From NCBI GenBank assembly GCA_003971905.1, contig RSEE01000149.1, positions 1 to 64,000 of the forward strand: DNA of 64,000 bases. The letters are read 5' to 3'. Positions within the stretch are counted from its first letter, which is position 1; each line of letters starts with the position of its first letter. Shown piece by piece: positions 50,049 through 61,939 of this stretch. Below the pieces are notes generated by a model. That model saw only the letters and a list, made by a program, of their open reading frames with translations. It was not told the origin of the DNA and made no database searches. The position numbers and the translations under genes are program-made. Origin of the DNA: Moniliella sp. 'wahieum'. Lineage: Eukaryota.

Positions 50049-51930
50049 TCAAGCAGCCGCGGTCTGGGTCTTGGTGCCAGGCAGCTTGGCCGCAATCCCC
50101 TCGGTATCCTTCTCGTCCGGCGAAGAGCTGTGGTCAGCACCGTCATGCCATTCGCCCGCCTTGCCAGCAGGAGAGGATTCATCTTCCACCACGCCTCCGA
50201 CCAGGTTGGCAGCCGCCGCCTGCTTCTCAATCTCGCCCTTGATGTCGTCGCGGGACGTCATGCCTGCGGGGACCCAAGCACGGGATGTCCAGGCACGACA
50301 GTTGGGGTCGCAGTACATCTCGTTGACCTGTTCCAGATTGAGGTCCTTGGTTTCGTACACAAAGAAGAAAGCGATCACCGCGTTGGCCAGGTTGCACCCG
50401 GCAAAGACGTAACCGTAGGCGAAGCCAATGTCGGCCGTGATGGGGGTGGTGAACAAGGCCAGAAGGAAGTTCCAGATCCAGTTGGACAGGGTAGCAAGCG
50501 CAGCTTGGCGAGCGCGGGTGCGCGAGCTGAACACCTCGCCCGTGAACAGCCAAATACCCGGAGCCCAGGTACTGGCGTAGCCAAGGATGAAGAAGCAGCC
50601 CGAGCAAATCATCAACTTGCCAATGCCCTTCGACAATTGGGGTCGCCCAGCTTCTTGATGTGAGTTTCAGGGTTGGCCTTGTTGCCACCGACACCGGCAC
50701 TAGCAAACACAATGAGCCAGGCGCTGCACCAGACACCACCCCAGATAAGCGGCAGACGACGGCCGATGGCCTCCAACATCCAAAGACCAAGGAGGGTGCA
50801 GACAAAGTTGACCGCGCCAAAGATGATCTGGGTGACAAAGGGATCGGTAATACAGGCGTCATGATCTGGGTACCGAAAAAAAGAAGTAGTTGGCACCAGT
50901 CAATTGCTGGCCCATTTGCAGCACGATACCCAAAGAGACGGTAGGTAGAGCGTCTTGTTCTCGCGGTGGAAGACCTCGATCCAAGTGACAGTGTTCGAGC
51001 GCTCCTCTTGCGCAGCGGCAATGATTTCGAAGTACTCGGCCTCGACATACGGGTCCTTGTCGGCCACAGTCTTTCCGCGCACACGGGCCACAGCCTCGCG
51101 CGCTTCTTCGTACCTCTCATGCATCGCAAGCCAACGAGGCGACTCGGGGCAGAATTGAATGGTGACAGCGAGGAAGGCAGCAAAGAACATACCCAGCCCA
51201 ACCGGGACACGCCACTGAGTTGCCTCCGACGAGTGGTGGAACGTGGGGGGCCAGGTGTCACCGTAGATTTCTTTCCAGTGGCAACTGCCGGCACAACGAG
51301 AGGCAATGCCGAAGCAGTAGGCAATCAGGATACCGGCAGTGATAGCCCACTGGTAAGTAGCCACCAGGGTGCCGCGCAGTTGACGAGGGATGGTTTCAGC
51401 CTGGTACACGGGGACAGCGCATGACAAGGCGCCAATGCCCAAGCCAGTAATGAGACGGCCAATGGCATATTCGACCCAACTCGTAAACGAGCAGAGTTGG
51501 ATGATGACGCCGATGAAGAAAACGCAAACCTCGTACTGCATAGCACGGCGACGGCCGAAAAAGTCGGCCAAGTAAGCGCCGGCCAACGCACCAAACATGG
51601 TACCGATCGACATGAAGGAGACAATGAGACCGTCAAGCCAGGGGTTAAGTTCCTTGCACATGGCAGCGCCCTCACAGATGTTGGGGTGCAGCTGTGGGTT
51701 GGACTTCTCTACCGTGGCAAAGCGGATCAAGAAGTCCTTGGTTTGAGTGATACCCGAGATCTAGAGCAGGCACCTTGAGGGTCAGCAAGATAGGGACCAA
51801 GCAGAAAGCGGGGGACGGTAGCACGCACCTGGCCCGTGTCGTAGCCGAAGAGGAAGCCGCCCATGCTGCTGACGAGGCCGACCATGATGGCTTGGTAGCC
51901 GATCGGCGTATTACGGACAGTGAAGCCCAT
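50049..51930 (-). CDS. MFS sugar porter (hexose transporter family); intron 51761-51828
   Basis: GGFLFGYDTGQ-ISG, DFFGRR, GRLITGLGIG, PVYQAET.P...RG, CPESPRWL, IGRR, WIWNFL, VYETK.L.LEQV. Confidence 0.94.
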
Positions 51931-53499
51931 GGTGCCGGGAGAGTGAGCAGAGGAAAGTGGAGGTGCGAGGTGTGGAGGTGGTAGTGGTGTGGGGGGGGAA
52001 GGGGTGATAGGGAGACAAGGTGAACGTAGGCCGAACAGACGGGGCGGGAGGCTTAAATACGCGGGAGGAGAGGGGGGGCGGCAGGCGGCGTGCCTGAGGC
52101 GGCAGGCGCAGGCGTGCAAGGATCGCAGGCGCCAGGCTAGCGTCCTGCCTGAGCGTCCGGCCTCAGCGCGCCCTGGCGACGCGGGCGATGCACTGCGCGG
52201 GAAGAAGGGCCAGCGGTGCATAGCAAGACACACCGGCAGGACAGCAGTGTTGGGCATGCGGACCTCGCACGTCGGGACAGTGGGAGGCAGTTGGCGCCGT
52301 GGGCCGCCGGCGTGTGCCCAGGTGCGCTCAGAGCGCTCAGAGCGCTCTGGTGCGCCTGCATGTGCGGCTGCATCTGCCTGCACCTGGCAGGCGAGGGTGT
52401 GCGACATGCCCCGTGGGGAGCGTGCGGCGCCTGGGCAGTGTCCGCGCGCCAACCCCACACTCCCCGGGCGGCGGTGACCGGTTGGGCCCCCCGCCGCGAC
52501 AAGAGCGGCGAGCTGCTGGATGCGCCGGCGCAGCGGCAAGCCCGATCGCATGCCCCGCTGGGCACGGCGCCTGTGTGTGCGCAGCCGGGGGGGCAGCTGC
52601 AACATGCGCCCGGGTGGTGCGTGGGGCCGTGCGTGATGCCCCCGCCCCGTTGTCGCGCCGCGAGCAAGCGCGGCCCTGTGCGGGATGCCGCCCGCCGCGC
52701 GGCGATATCGGCCCGCATGCGGGCAGTGTGTCTGCAACAACGAGGGCAGTGAGGCTGCCATGGGTGAGCCTCGATCATCGATCACGGGTTCTCTTTGCGT
52801 TCCATATTGAGTAACCGAGTCCGCAGTGCACCAGAGCGCCTCGCCTCGGAGCGCCTGGCCAGGCATGGCCGCGGCAAGTAAGTACGATGGGAGCGCGACT
52901 CAGTAGCATCGGCGGCAGGAACCACCCGGAGCGGCAGGTACCGCTGGCAGCCTGCATACCTCCCAGGGCCTGCTGGCTTGTGTGCGATCAGAGTGTGGCG
53001 CCGTGGCTCAGTACTCAGTGCGCTCAGTACGCTGTGTGTGCATGACGCATGACGCGTGGCGCGTGACGGTCGGGGGCAGCGTGCATCGCGCATGGGACCG
53101 CTTTGTTCCTATGCCAGACATGTGCATGTGGTGCGGGCAGCAGACACAGTGGCAAGCGCCTGCGCTCAGCCACCCAGTCTCACGCACTTTGCCCACCGCA
53201 CCCTCCCCCAGAACCACATCAGAGCACCGGCAGAACACCGCACGGGGGGGTTGTGCCTCTCGGATCCCAACAGCCGCCGCACTACGCCACCCAGCCCCCA
53301 TCCCCCACAGCCGGCGCTTCACCAACACATCCGGCGTCGAGGCCGAAACAGCCCCCCCTCCCATTGACCGGTGACCTCTCCCCCCCAAAGCCGCAAACGT
53401 GGCGTGCAACGGCGGCTGTAGGAGACTGGTCTGGCATGGATGACATGGAGCAACCACGATGAGCGGCACGCCTCCGGCTGTGAGAGTGTGCTCAGCTGG

Positions 53500-56400
53500 G
53501 CCCTCAGCCTCAGGCCTGAGGACTTGCGGCCTGAGGAGGCGCACGAGGGCGTACGCGTTTTTAGCCTCAGGATCCAGGTTGGTACAAGGGCTGGTCTGCC
53601 CACAGTGTTCTGCACGTGCCTACGTTCGACATGCAACGTCCAACGTACTTCGACGTCTTCAACCTCCAACGTCAATGTTTTCAACGTCCAAGCGACGTTG
53701 AGATCTGAGATGCGTTACATCACTAGTCACTAGTCACTTCGTAGTAAAATCCCCTAAAAATCCCCCACCTCGGACTCTTGCCTCCCGTTTTGTGGGGAAT
53801 ACATTTGGTCATGCGATTCGCCTTGCTGCTTAATTAGCTCAATTGATTGCTTATGCCCACCGCTTCTCCACACTCGCTCTCCGCAGTACTCGGCCGCCCT
53901 CGGCTCAGTCACGAGTCAGGCCTCAGGATAAACTGTAGCTATATGGCCCAAGAGGCTGAACCCCAAAACAGTAGTCGACTAGTCACCATCTTGACGTCTC
54001 ATGTCAAAACTGTTCAGGTCCTATGGCAAGTCTCGGGCCTCCCCGTCCCAACCGCGAAAACCTGTGTTGAGTGCGGCTAAGCGCTAATATGCCACCGACG
54101 ACAACGAGGTCTAAGACCCCAGGCTGAGCTGGAGCGTCACATGTCACATGGCACAGGGCCTCACTATGCCAATCCATTACAAGTGCGCCCACAATCTGCC
54201 GTGGGAGACCTTCTATACCCGGTGACTGGTTGGTTGACCACGTGCAGAAAAATACACATTTTGGGAGCATGCACGGTGATACCGGTGATATATGATGCCG
54301 TGGTGACACTGTGACAAGAACGCGTTGCGACGCGTGAACTGTGAATCGTTAAACGGGAAGGCCTAAGGCCTAAGGAATGATTAATGAACTTTGCCTCCGC
54401 TTCTTGTTTGTGGCTGACGTGCGCATAGGACAGTGGGCTGGAGGCCCTCGTAGGCTTAAGCCTTAGGACTTAGGACTTAGGTACTAAGTGCGCACCCAAG
54501 GGACTGGTGTTGCCCAAAGGCTGAGCGGCTGAACGCGCGCTGAGGCTGAGGGCTGGGCTCCCCAACATCAGCGACACTTGAAGCTTGACTTCTGTGGCGG
54601 CGGTGACCGGTGGACGGTGAACGTGTGAACATTGAAGTGGTGCCAATATATCGAGCTCAACGTTCAATGTCAACAACGCACATACCCCGATGGCAGATCT
54701 CAGATCATCGATCATCGATCATTTTCATGCACCTCACCGACCATCTGAATCAGCATGCCTCCATACTCACGCAATGCCCACACCAATCACCGGACGGATC
54801 ACACACCAATCACCGGATGGGTCACACACTGGATGCTGTAGAGCCGATGCAGGCCATAGCAAACCCCACAAAGACATTCCCATTGCACATGTGGACACCC
54901 CCAGTAGTAGTAGTAGTACCTAGTACAGCGATGCGCACTTTCTTTGCCCCAAATAAGAACCCAGCAATCGTTCTTTCCTTGCCAATCCGTCCACGACCTG
55001 AGGACCTGAGCGTCTGAGCAATAAGATCAGGCACTGACCTCAAGTACCGCATTGGGCTGAAGCTCAGGCCCTGAAGCCTTAGCGCCTTCGCTGAGCTCAG
55101 CGCTGCGCAGGGCTGAAGAGACTGCTGAGACGCTGAGGTCTGAGGCTCGGGGTGTACCTAACAGGTACAACGGATGATCGATGAACCGTGGTCTACGTCA
55201 GAACAATTCTGTTCCTCGCACTCTCCATCCGACATGCATCATGCATCCTGTACTAAAAGCGCGGCCATGTGGGGCTTGGGGGCAACAAGGGGGGTACCTT
55301 GGGGAACTGAGCAGGGGGACCTACTGGGGAGACTTATGCGAGGCGGCCCCGTTCCGCCTCTGTTCCGCTCCTTCCTGTTGCGCCTCCGGGCTGCCTTTCG
55401 CCTGATTGCATCCACACCACCTCATCCCCGGCCTTGCTCGCCTGCCACTGCCACAAGACTCCATTGGGGCCTCTGGCCTCAATGGGGCCTCTTGATTTTA
55501 CGTTTAACGTTTAACGTTTAACGTTTAACCCCCTCCGTAACATGTAACAAGCAAGATGGGCCCATTTCTTCACCGTGCCTGCGGCCCTGATCGATGGGAG
55601 AGTGGGATCAATTCGAACAATGATGCTGTGAGATGATCGATGATCGATGTCAGGTAGATATTAGATCCACGGATGCCAACATGTCAATGGTCGAAGCGCC
55701 ATGCGCCAAGCGCCAAGCTTCAAGAGCGAAGCTTAAGCATCCGTGTTGCCCACTCGACATCGATCACCTGTATCCGTACTCTGGCTTCAGACGCCTGGCG
55801 GCCTGGCGAGCCACCGGAACGGATTCTCGTAACCGCACAACCGGGGCATAACCGGGCGTAAGCGCGTGGCCGCATAACCGGTAACAACCGACGGGCGGAC
55901 GCGCGTAGCCACATAACTGGTAACTGAAACATTACACCCGCTGACCGGCCTAAGGCCTAAGGCCTAACGGGCCTAACGGCTTATTAACGGCCTAACCGGC
56001 TAACCGTACTCGGCTTTCTCTGTCCCTTTATTGTTGGTTGTTTTGCGCAAGATGAGCACTCAAAGCAGCTTGAAGCTTGAAGCCATTCGACGAATCTTCA
56101 TCAATGAGATTGCGATCAGAAGGTTCATTGCCGAGTATACCGCGTACACCGTTGCATACCTGCTGATATGTCTTCCTCTGTTTTGTATAACCTCACTTTG
56201 AGACTTAAATTGCATCCCGCGAGGTGACACATGTGTGCATAACGTGCATGTGATATGAGGGAGCCACAGACAGTACATGAGAAGAGAGTGTCCTAAAGCA
56301 CCCCAGAGTACGTGAAGTTTGCGCGTGAGCGAGACCCGTGACGCCGTGACCCGTCAAAGAACGTCTCGCCCAGGCCCAATTGCGAGTATACGCCTCAGTG

Positions 56401-58196
56401 CCCCCCTGGCTCACATAAGAAAGATTCATATTCCTAGCAAAGGGGGCAATAGAAGCTGTGCGAATATGGAGCTTGAAAAATGGCCCTATTGCTCAAGCTT
56501 CCAAGTATCGAGCTTCAGGCGGGTCAGGAGGTCTCAGGGATTCAAGCTTTATTAAGCTTCAGGGGCAGCAGAGTGTCGTTAGAGCTTTAAAGCTTCAACA
56601 ACAGCAGACTTCAAGCTTCAGACCTTCAGAGCTACTATAACCTCAGACCTCGGCGCCCTAGTACAAGCAACACGTTCTAAACCATTTGTCGCGTGGGCCA
56701 AGAGCGCCAAGAACCAACCAAGAAGCAAACGGGAAGAAAACGAGTAGGTACTAATAGTAAGACCAAAAAGCTACGCGTAACTAGGTATGACACTGGTGTT
56801 TGACGTGCGGCGCAAGTGGGATGTTCGTTGCGCACTAGGCACTATAGGCATGGCCGCTCCGAAAACAAGTCCGAGAGCCGAAACAGAGATGCGGGAGGGT
56901 CTTCGGAACATGTCACTCACTCGTCACTGGCTCTACCTCCGCGGTAGTGACTCGTGACAAGTGACAAGTGACTAGTAACTAGTAACTAGCGCGTACGAGT
57001 GAGTGATTCCGGCCCGACTGGATGTGACAGCTGTGCTCCTTGTTGCAAAATCCAAGGCAGGCGGCTAAGGCGGCGTCATATGCATGACATAGCGACAAAT
57101 ATAGGGGCCAGAGGAACTAACAACGAGGGCCTCGCCTGCGTCACTTACACCAGAGTCTCAGGGCGCAACAGGCTCTGCAGCTGAGAGTACTCCATTACTG
57201 GGTATAGTAGTACACATGCGACATGTGATAGCTCAGCCTGCGCGCTCTGACTGGCTCGCCCCAGGTCCCACAGGCTACCCCAGGCACCTGCATGCGCGGG
57301 TGTGGGAGGGGTAAAAAAAAACGGGCGGTTATACAAACTCCCCCAGCATGTTGGCTGGGGCGTACCGGATCGGAAATATATAGGGTGGTGCGAGTGTAAC
57401 ATATTCGATCATCACGACGTCAACGTTCAACGCTCACACGTCGCGTTCAACATCAGTAAAGCACACAGGGGGGCAGGAGAATAGCGATGGATACCTAGGA
57501 ACCATTATGCATTTTAGTGTAGCCAAATGGTCATTCCTACTCTAGTACTAAATGTTGACTACTAGCACGTCTGGAGAATATTCCGTCTCTACGGGGTTAG
57601 TAGTTTCCAACATCGTTCCCACCCCCAGACCTCACATGTTCACATAGTGCTGGCTCATGGCGCTCATGCATCATGCATCATGATCTACCAACTATCGCCA
57701 CCGGCAACTACGGCATCTCTCGCGGCAGGAACAATGTACATGTAACGTGCAGTCAGGTACCCCATCACAACTTCTTTCCACTTTAGCATATTCCCGTCAG
57801 TAACATGTACCACCTCAGGCCTCATCTTGGGGTGAGCAGCGTGGGAGGGGGCAAAGATGAGATCTGAGAAGAGGTCTCTGGTTGACGATAATTAGTGGGC
57901 AACTGGAAATAACTAGCAGACTAGCCATAGAGAGGTGAACGTGGTGACCGGGAACGTTGAACGGATGAACACGGTGAGCGGGGCGAGCACTTAGATTTCA
58001 GAGCGCTCAGAAGAGCCGAAGTGTATGAGGTGTGTATGAGAGTGGGCCCATACTATTTTCGACCTGTGTGCGTTACAGAGGTTTTGGGTGACGGCTCCGC
58101 AGACAAGACCCCAGGCCTCAATATTCAATCCAGTCGACAGAGTGAAACCATTTCTATAATAGAGAGGGGCCAGTGACGCGTGACGCGCGTGACGCG
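53500..58196. repeat. Gene-free region dense in heptamer palindromic microarrays
   Basis: Examples: (TCACTAG) 53720-53738, (TCACATG) 54137-54150, (TAAGGCC) 54359-54375 and 55947-55967, (TCATCGA) 54704-54721, (TTAACGT) 55500-55528, (TGAAGCT) 56067-56083, TGA/TAA-CTAG 56948-56989, (TCATGCA) 57664-57682, (TGACGCG) 58174-58196. Confidence 0.9.
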
Positions 58197-61100
58197 CCAC
58201 CGCATCCGGCAGGGCCGACCGCCGAGCGATTTGGGTCTTGGCAGAAAATACTACGGACAGCTCCCTCAACAACGTCGGTGTAACGTCGCTTTCCTAGTAG
58301 GTTCCTTTCCCGCAGAAGAAGCTTTTAGTGGAAGAATGCCAAGCCCACACGGGCTATGTATATGCCGGAGTATATGGGGCCAAATGTGGGTTTGATGGAG
58401 CAAGGATGGAACTGAGTGGACCACACCCAGCGGGACGAAGGGAACCGCGGAGGCTGAGAGTGTGTGCAATGTGCTTCCCGGAAAGTTGTGGCACGTGAGA
58501 GGATATATATACCGGGGGTCTCCACACCCATGAGAAGCTGCATCAGCTGCTCGAGCAGACTAACGACGGATTGCGAGAAAATTATCCTAGTATCAACAGG
58601 GACGCCCTCCTATGATCGTTTCTCTCTCTCTCTGCTGGCCAGGGTGACAAGCAATATGAGAGGACTCTATGCCACCAAGATTGCTAACAGAAGAAGTCGA
58701 ACAGATGAAGAGACATATAGCTGATAGCAGAGTCATAGTATTATGATGGAGAGGGACTGTTGAACACACGTTATTGAACTTTGTGCTCGCTCTTATGTCA
58801 CTAGCCACCGCACCTGCATCTAAATCCACTCCCACCCCACCCAATTGAGAGGGGATGGAAAAGAGCCGACAATAGACGAACCTGTCCTACTCTTGCAATG
58901 GCTTTCTGGCTCCCTCATTGGATGGAACACGAGTTGTGGAAGCAAACGCCGCATTGCGCCAAAGCCTGGTCGAGACACGTTTCTTGTGACCCTCTGCGCA
59001 GGGTATTTTTTGGTCCAAATGCTATAGGGTTCCTAGCATAGAGCACAGTACAAATGTTGTCCTTTCGTACCCCTTCTGCTAGTCCCCCTCTCCCCTCCAG
59101 GACAGTAGTACTCACTTCCACGTTCGGCACCGCCACTGCCCCATCTTCCATCATCAGCACAAAACATAAACAGCAACAATACGATATACATCTGGTCATT
59201 CCCTACAATCCTCTTCTCAAATGACGAGTCGGGGCAAACCCTTTTTGCGTTCGCTCCTCTCCTTTATCTCTCTTAAAGTGTCTTTGGATACATACTTACT
59301 GTGGGGACATGTGTCGTAAGAGCTATCTCCATCTTCTGATGTCCTGTATTACACATGTCACCGCGAGCGATGCCCAGCATGGGTCCAATGTCCACATTGG
59401 TCTTGTCGGTGGCTATACACAACATATGTTACTGTACTGTACATTTTTGTGTAGGTTTGTTTATGGGATAGAACGGCACCAAGACAGCTGGCAAGATGCT
59501 GGCGCTGGCATTGGAAGGATTTGATTACTGAATCTCAATGGAAGTGGTTCCTCCCTCTGATGTCTACTACGTTCATTCGTGTCCCACGTTGCTACTTCGG
59601 GTATAGGACGCGGATGGCGAGCACCAGAGGATCCTGATATCAGGGCGATCCCCCTGTTTCCCTAGCAGTGGTGGCGCTACCAAGTAACACTCGCAAGATG
59701 AACGGGTCGGCTTAGGCGTAGCGTTTCCCTGTCCCAGCCTTAGGCTCGGGGAATGATATGAATGCAGTATTAATCTTCGTCGTCGTAGTTTCTGTTCCAT
59801 TCCAATGATGTCTACTACTTCCTTAGTAGGTAACAGAGCTGTTGCTTGTGTTCCCACAGGCTTTCTTTGTCTATATTATATTGTGACAATATAGAGACTC
59901 GCTTCTCTCATTGTGGCCTCCACAGGGATTGCTACTGTTTTTAGAGGCATAGTACCTGGGGCGACAACAATTGTGTATATTATATGTTAGAGGAGAAGCA
60001 CTATACCGCTTCCGGGAAAAAGAGGGGGTCGCCTCTTTTCCTGGTTCTGGCACAGGCAAAAGCGTTGAACTGCTTATGATGTAGGAAACGGTCAATGCGT
60101 GTCACCTCTTCAAAGGTTTTTTCGTGTGGAAATATGGTATTATAGAAGGGCAGACAGACGGGGTCTACTACAGGGGTTACTACTACCTTATTATATATGT
60201 TGACCATGTGTTTTTCATTGTGCTCTAAGACTGTGTGTTTCCTTTCTCATCCAGTGATCCCCCCCCACGTTCGATGTTATGCTTCGTCACTTTCACTATC
60301 AGCTATCAGACGTTCACCATTGTGCTTGGGGTCAGCTCCTTAGCTCTTTCAATCCGTCGGGGAACTACTTTCGATCAGTTGGTCGCGAAACTCAAAAAAG
60401 CAACAGCAGTGATGATTGAACCAAGCAAGAACCCTAAGTTGGCTTAATCCGAGAGAGGTGCAAAAGATTATCTATTTTGCAGATGAGTAACGAGGATCGT
60501 ACTCGTTGTCAGGATACGGAGATGGGGGAAAGGGCGCAGATGGATTGCATACATCTATGGACGCAGAGGAGGTATATGTACCTCCTCAGGAAGGGGGCAC
60601 AGTCGAGAGGTGGACACAGGATCTCCCAACTGATAAGAATCACGCCATAGTGCCCATACGGGTCTAGTGGCCAAGGGGCCCCTAGCACGGCGTGAGTCTG
60701 ACACTCGTGTATCACATCCAAAAAGCCTATACGCTATGCGGACCAGACCCGAGTTCCTTGTGAGGGAGAAAGGATGAAAGAGGTATCAGCTGGTCGGAGT
60801 TCCATCACTGGCTTGCTCGCGCTCCACATGCGATTAAGTTCACTGATGTTATTGTTCATGGCCACATGTCGCGAAAGAGCTGATGGTCCATCAGTCTAAG
60901 AAGTTGGAGAAAAGAAGAGAGTTGCAGAAAGATCAGTGGACAATGTCCGATCCAGATCCCCCTCCCCGCACAACCCGTCACAGGCTTGCTCGGGATCGAC
61001 GGATCGTTGAAAAAAGCAGGCACCTATTAGTATTAATAGCACCACTGGATGCATTCTGTTGAGCCTCTGAACCCATCCTTCATGACAACAGCTTGACTCA

Positions 61101-61939
61101 AGTTCTATGCTCGAAGTGAGGACGGCGGTGTCCGAGATATCCTGTCTGGGGTGGAGCACACACACACTTTTTGAGTGAGGAGCTGTGCGACTCTCATTTT
61201 TGTCTTTATGTGGGTGTCCTATACACTAATCTGATAGACCACCATTAGTATATCCCCCGGGCCATGCCACATGTCTGTCGGGAAGATGGGCCTCGTATCT
61301 GTCTAAATATGCATTTGGGTCTGTGCCCGCTCTGCCGCCTTAGTTCACAGTGGTAACATGTAACATCGCATCACCACTGCCCTCCAAAAGCCCTATATCC
61401 TTCCAAAGAAGGGGGGTGCATAGTAGCAACAAAACTATAATGGTGAGAGGTGATATGCAATACAGTCGGTTCTCCCTTCTATACATTACCGCGAGTCACT
61501 GTTGGGCTCGCGGAACGCGTCCGCTGCACGATCCCACTTCCTCATAGCCACATGATGGCGTGCTATATGGAACAGACGCCCGCCAAACGAAGGTGCTGAA
61601 TTCTCGTTACAGAAGTAGGATCAGGAGTTGCACGTAGTGCACACAGGGCCCAGTCTTGAGAGGACAGTTAGGAAGCAGACGAAGGGGGAAGGTCAAAGAT
61701 GAAAGGATTAAAGGGACTCGTGACAGGCCCGCCATGAAAGTGGTGACGAAAGACCAACAAAAATGCAAAAAGGAAAGACGAAAGCGAGAGATCACGGGCA
61801 GCTGTGCTTGCACAGCACAAAAACCAACGTCGTGGAGTCAGGCTCAGGCGAGTAGAGAGACATACCATATCATAAGGAAACAGGTGCTGTACTAGCATGG
61901 ACAGGTAAGTAGGGTAAGCAAAAGGACAGTGGAGTTAGG

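Noticed and set aside
1145..51930. Pervasive frameshifts as programmed recoding, RNA editing or mass pseudogenisation
   Set aside because: The cases examined are mostly single-base losses in short homopolymers (e.g. GGA TT[T] GGC in ALDH), and they also hit essential ValRS without accumulated stops. This is typical of unpolished long-read consensus; short reads would settle it.
3444..58196. Heptamer arrays as cloning polylinker or adapter contamination (units contain SpeI, HindIII, StuI, ClaI, BglII, MluI, NsiI sites)
   Set aside because: They are dispersed, degenerate, embedded in native intergenic DNA and almost all limited to A..T-bounded palindromes, unlike any vector polylinker.
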